From contig NW_013657678.1 in NCBI RefSeq assembly GCF_000142905.1, forward strand, positions 1-64,000: a stretch of 64,000 nt of DNA, read 5' to 3'. Shown piece by piece: positions 61,883 through 64,000 of this stretch. The position numbers and the translations under genes were made by a program. The notes under the pieces are model-generated. The model was not told the DNA's origin, did not search any database, and worked only from the letters and a program-made list of their open reading frames with translations. How positions within the stretch are numbered: position 1 is the first letter of the stretch; every line of letters starts with the position of its first letter. Origin of the DNA: Thecamonas trahens ATCC 50062 (lineage: Eukaryota; Protista; Apusomonadida).

Positions 61883-64000
61883 TTAGCTCTGCTGTATTCG
61901 CGCAGCGCGGGCTGCGAGCCGGGCCTCGGCGAGCCGCAGAGCTTGGGCCTTCTTCCGGCACTTGGCGTCGAAGGCTGCGGCGGCGCGGCGGATCTTATCG
62001 TGGGCCCGCGCCTCCAGCTCCGCCAGCGCTGCCAGCTTGGCGTCGCGCTTCTCCTCAAACGTGCGAATCTGGACCGCGAGCAGCGCACGCTGCTCGCCCA
62101 TATGGGCGTTGAGGATCTGCAGCTTGCGGGCAGCCCGCTCGATGGCGCGGCGGGTGGTCGGGTCAGGCGAGCCGCGGCTAGCGCCGGTTCCTCTAGCCCC
62201 GCCGTCGCCTCGCTCGAGCTGTTGCGAGCGGGCGAGCTCAAAGTCAAACTCGGACTGCGAGAACGAGAGCGATACCGCGAGTGCTGGGCGTGGCTGTGGC
62301 GGCGCGGCGGGCGCGTCACCCGACTGTGCCGCGAGCATCTTGTAGAACGTACCCGAGTACTCTTCAAACTGGGCAACCTGCATGCGGAAGAGCTCGCGCT
62401 CGCGCTTAAACTTGGCGCGCGACTTGGCATACTTGCGGATGCGGGCTTCGACCCGGGCCTCGCGGTCTGCCAAGGCGGCTTCGCGCTTGCGGACGACGGC
62501 AAGCTTGCGCTTGAGAAACGCGCGCGCACGGGCCTCGCGATCGAGTAGGTCCTGCTCGAGCTTGGCATACACCGCCAGAGCCTCGAGCGCGTCCGAGCGC
62601 GATGTACCAGTCTCTGAGCTCGAGTCGTCGGCCATGGCTGCCAGCGCAGTGCTGTCACTCTCGTCGTGCTCGTCGTTGAGGATGGCGTGCAGCTCGGCGT
62701 CCGACTCGGACGAACCGTCGTCCTCAACGCTCACGACAGCCGATGAAGCGAGGGAGGAGGCGGAGACAAGGCGAATGTCGGGTAGTTGCGGTGACGAGAG
62801 TGAGGGGGGGGCGAGGGCGAGGATGCGGGTGATGGTGATGGTGATGACAGTGGCGGAGTGGGGCACGCGGTGGCGGTGACAGCGAACGAAGAACAGCGGT
62901 ATCCATCGAGCCAGGAGTAGATGGCGAACAAGGAGAGGCTGGTGAGCATGGAGAGCGGGGCGAGTGTGGGCGTGGCATGTGCGGCGAGTCGCGGTGCGGC
63001 GAGTGGGTCACGGTGGTGATGACGGACTCGTCACCAGACGACTCCTCGTTGTCGGAAGGAAGGAAAGTTGTTCAGAGTGTGGCGACGCCTGTGAGATGGG
63101 CGACCTGGTGACAGCAGTGATGACCTCGGAGCTCGAGTCCGAGTCCGACGCCGACGCGAGATCGGAGAGCGGAACAGTCGCGTTCTCGCGTGAGGTCTCG
63201 ACGGTTAGAGATAGCTTGTAACCGTCGCGCTTGGTCTCGGGATCCCTGTTATCATCAGCGACCGATGGTGGCGGCTTGAATGTAGGCGAGGCTCTGGGCG
63301 GTGGTGGGGTTGGCGCCGAGTCTGTCGGTGGAAGATTGGGAGGTGGCGGCTTGGATGCGGGCGAGGCTCTAGGCGGTGGTGGGGTTGGCGCCGAGCCTGT
63401 CGGTGGAAGATTGGGAGGCGGCGGCTTGGATGCGGGCGAGGCTCTCGGCGGCGATGGCTTCGGCTTGTCACCCGATGGCGGCGGGGGATTGGGTGGCGGC
63501 GGCTTCGGCTTGTCATCCGATGGCGGCGGGAGATTGGGTGGCGGCGGCTTGGAGGCGGGCGAGGCTCTCGGCGGTGGTGGCTTCGGCTTGTCATCCGATG
63601 GCGGCGGGAGATTGGGTGGCGGCGGCTTGGAGGCGGGCGAGGCTCTCGGCGGTGGTGGCTTCGGCTTGTCATCCGATGGCGGCGGGAGATTGGGTGGCGG
63701 CGGCTTGGATGCGGGCGAGGCTCTCGGCGGCGGTGGCTTCGGCTTGTCATCCGATGGCGGCGGGAGATTGGGCGGCGGCGGCTTGGATGCGGGCGAGGCT
63801 CTGGGTGGCGGCGGGGTAGGTGTAGAGGCCACGGGCGGTGGCGGGAGATTGGGCGGGGGAGGCTTCTGTCTTGTGGACGGCGGCGGAGGGAGGTTGGGCG
63901 GCGGCGGTTTGACGAGTGACGACGGCGGCGGAGGGGGAGGCAGGGACGACTGGGCAGGCGAGGCCAGAGGAGGTGGAGGCTGCAAGGGTGGGGGTGGACG
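61883..64000 (-). CDS. Partial proline-rich repeat protein, probably continuous through apparent frameshifts (~63010, ~62870) with a C-terminal coiled coil
   Basis: ORF 63008-63985 is Pro-rich and open to the window edge; ORF 61883-62866 is coiled coil on the same strand. The join is inferred. Confidence 0.55.
63280..63865 (-). repeat. Coding minisatellite, ~78-bp unit (PPPPRASPASKPPPPNLPPPSDDKPK) with 66-bp variants
   Basis: Direct observation of tandem near-identical units. Confidence 0.9.

Overview
Telomeric end of a chromosome from a GC-rich, very gene-dense microbial eukaryote with short GT-AG introns. The style suggests an apusomonad such as Thecamonas, but that is inference only. A ~620 bp (CCCTAA)n telomere is followed by ~2.7 kb of subtelomere containing a CpG-depleted, decayed coding-like relic, then about 30 tightly packed genes. 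Recognisable housekeeping genes include CENP-W-like, a histidine acid phosphatase, CHCHD2/Mix17, ALG13, XPD, ATP synthase delta, PRIM1, Timeless, FKBP, RRP1, PCYT2, gluconokinase, UPF0193, USP36/42, a syntaxin-7-like Qa-SNARE, a Kelch-BTB protein and DCAF11. Unusual architectures: (1) a carboxylic-acid-reductase-like A-T-R enzyme with an N-terminal beta-strand module and ZZ-type zinc finger; (2) a ~1990-codon FG-GAP/beta-helix/Cys-rich/multi-TM surface protein split by one in-frame TAG; (3) an OmpA/MotB-like peptidoglycan-binding domain protein without a signal peptide; (4) a tandem adenosine deaminase with a degenerate second domain; (5) a GGCT-fold pseudoenzyme; (6) nucleoredoxin-ankyrin and TPR-DCAF11 fusions. 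Non-coding patterns: (A)GTAAA motifs just after stop codons in very short convergent spacers, poly-C/G tracts upstream of genes, and introns placed in or right after start codons. Several apparent frameshifts are most likely long-read indel errors.
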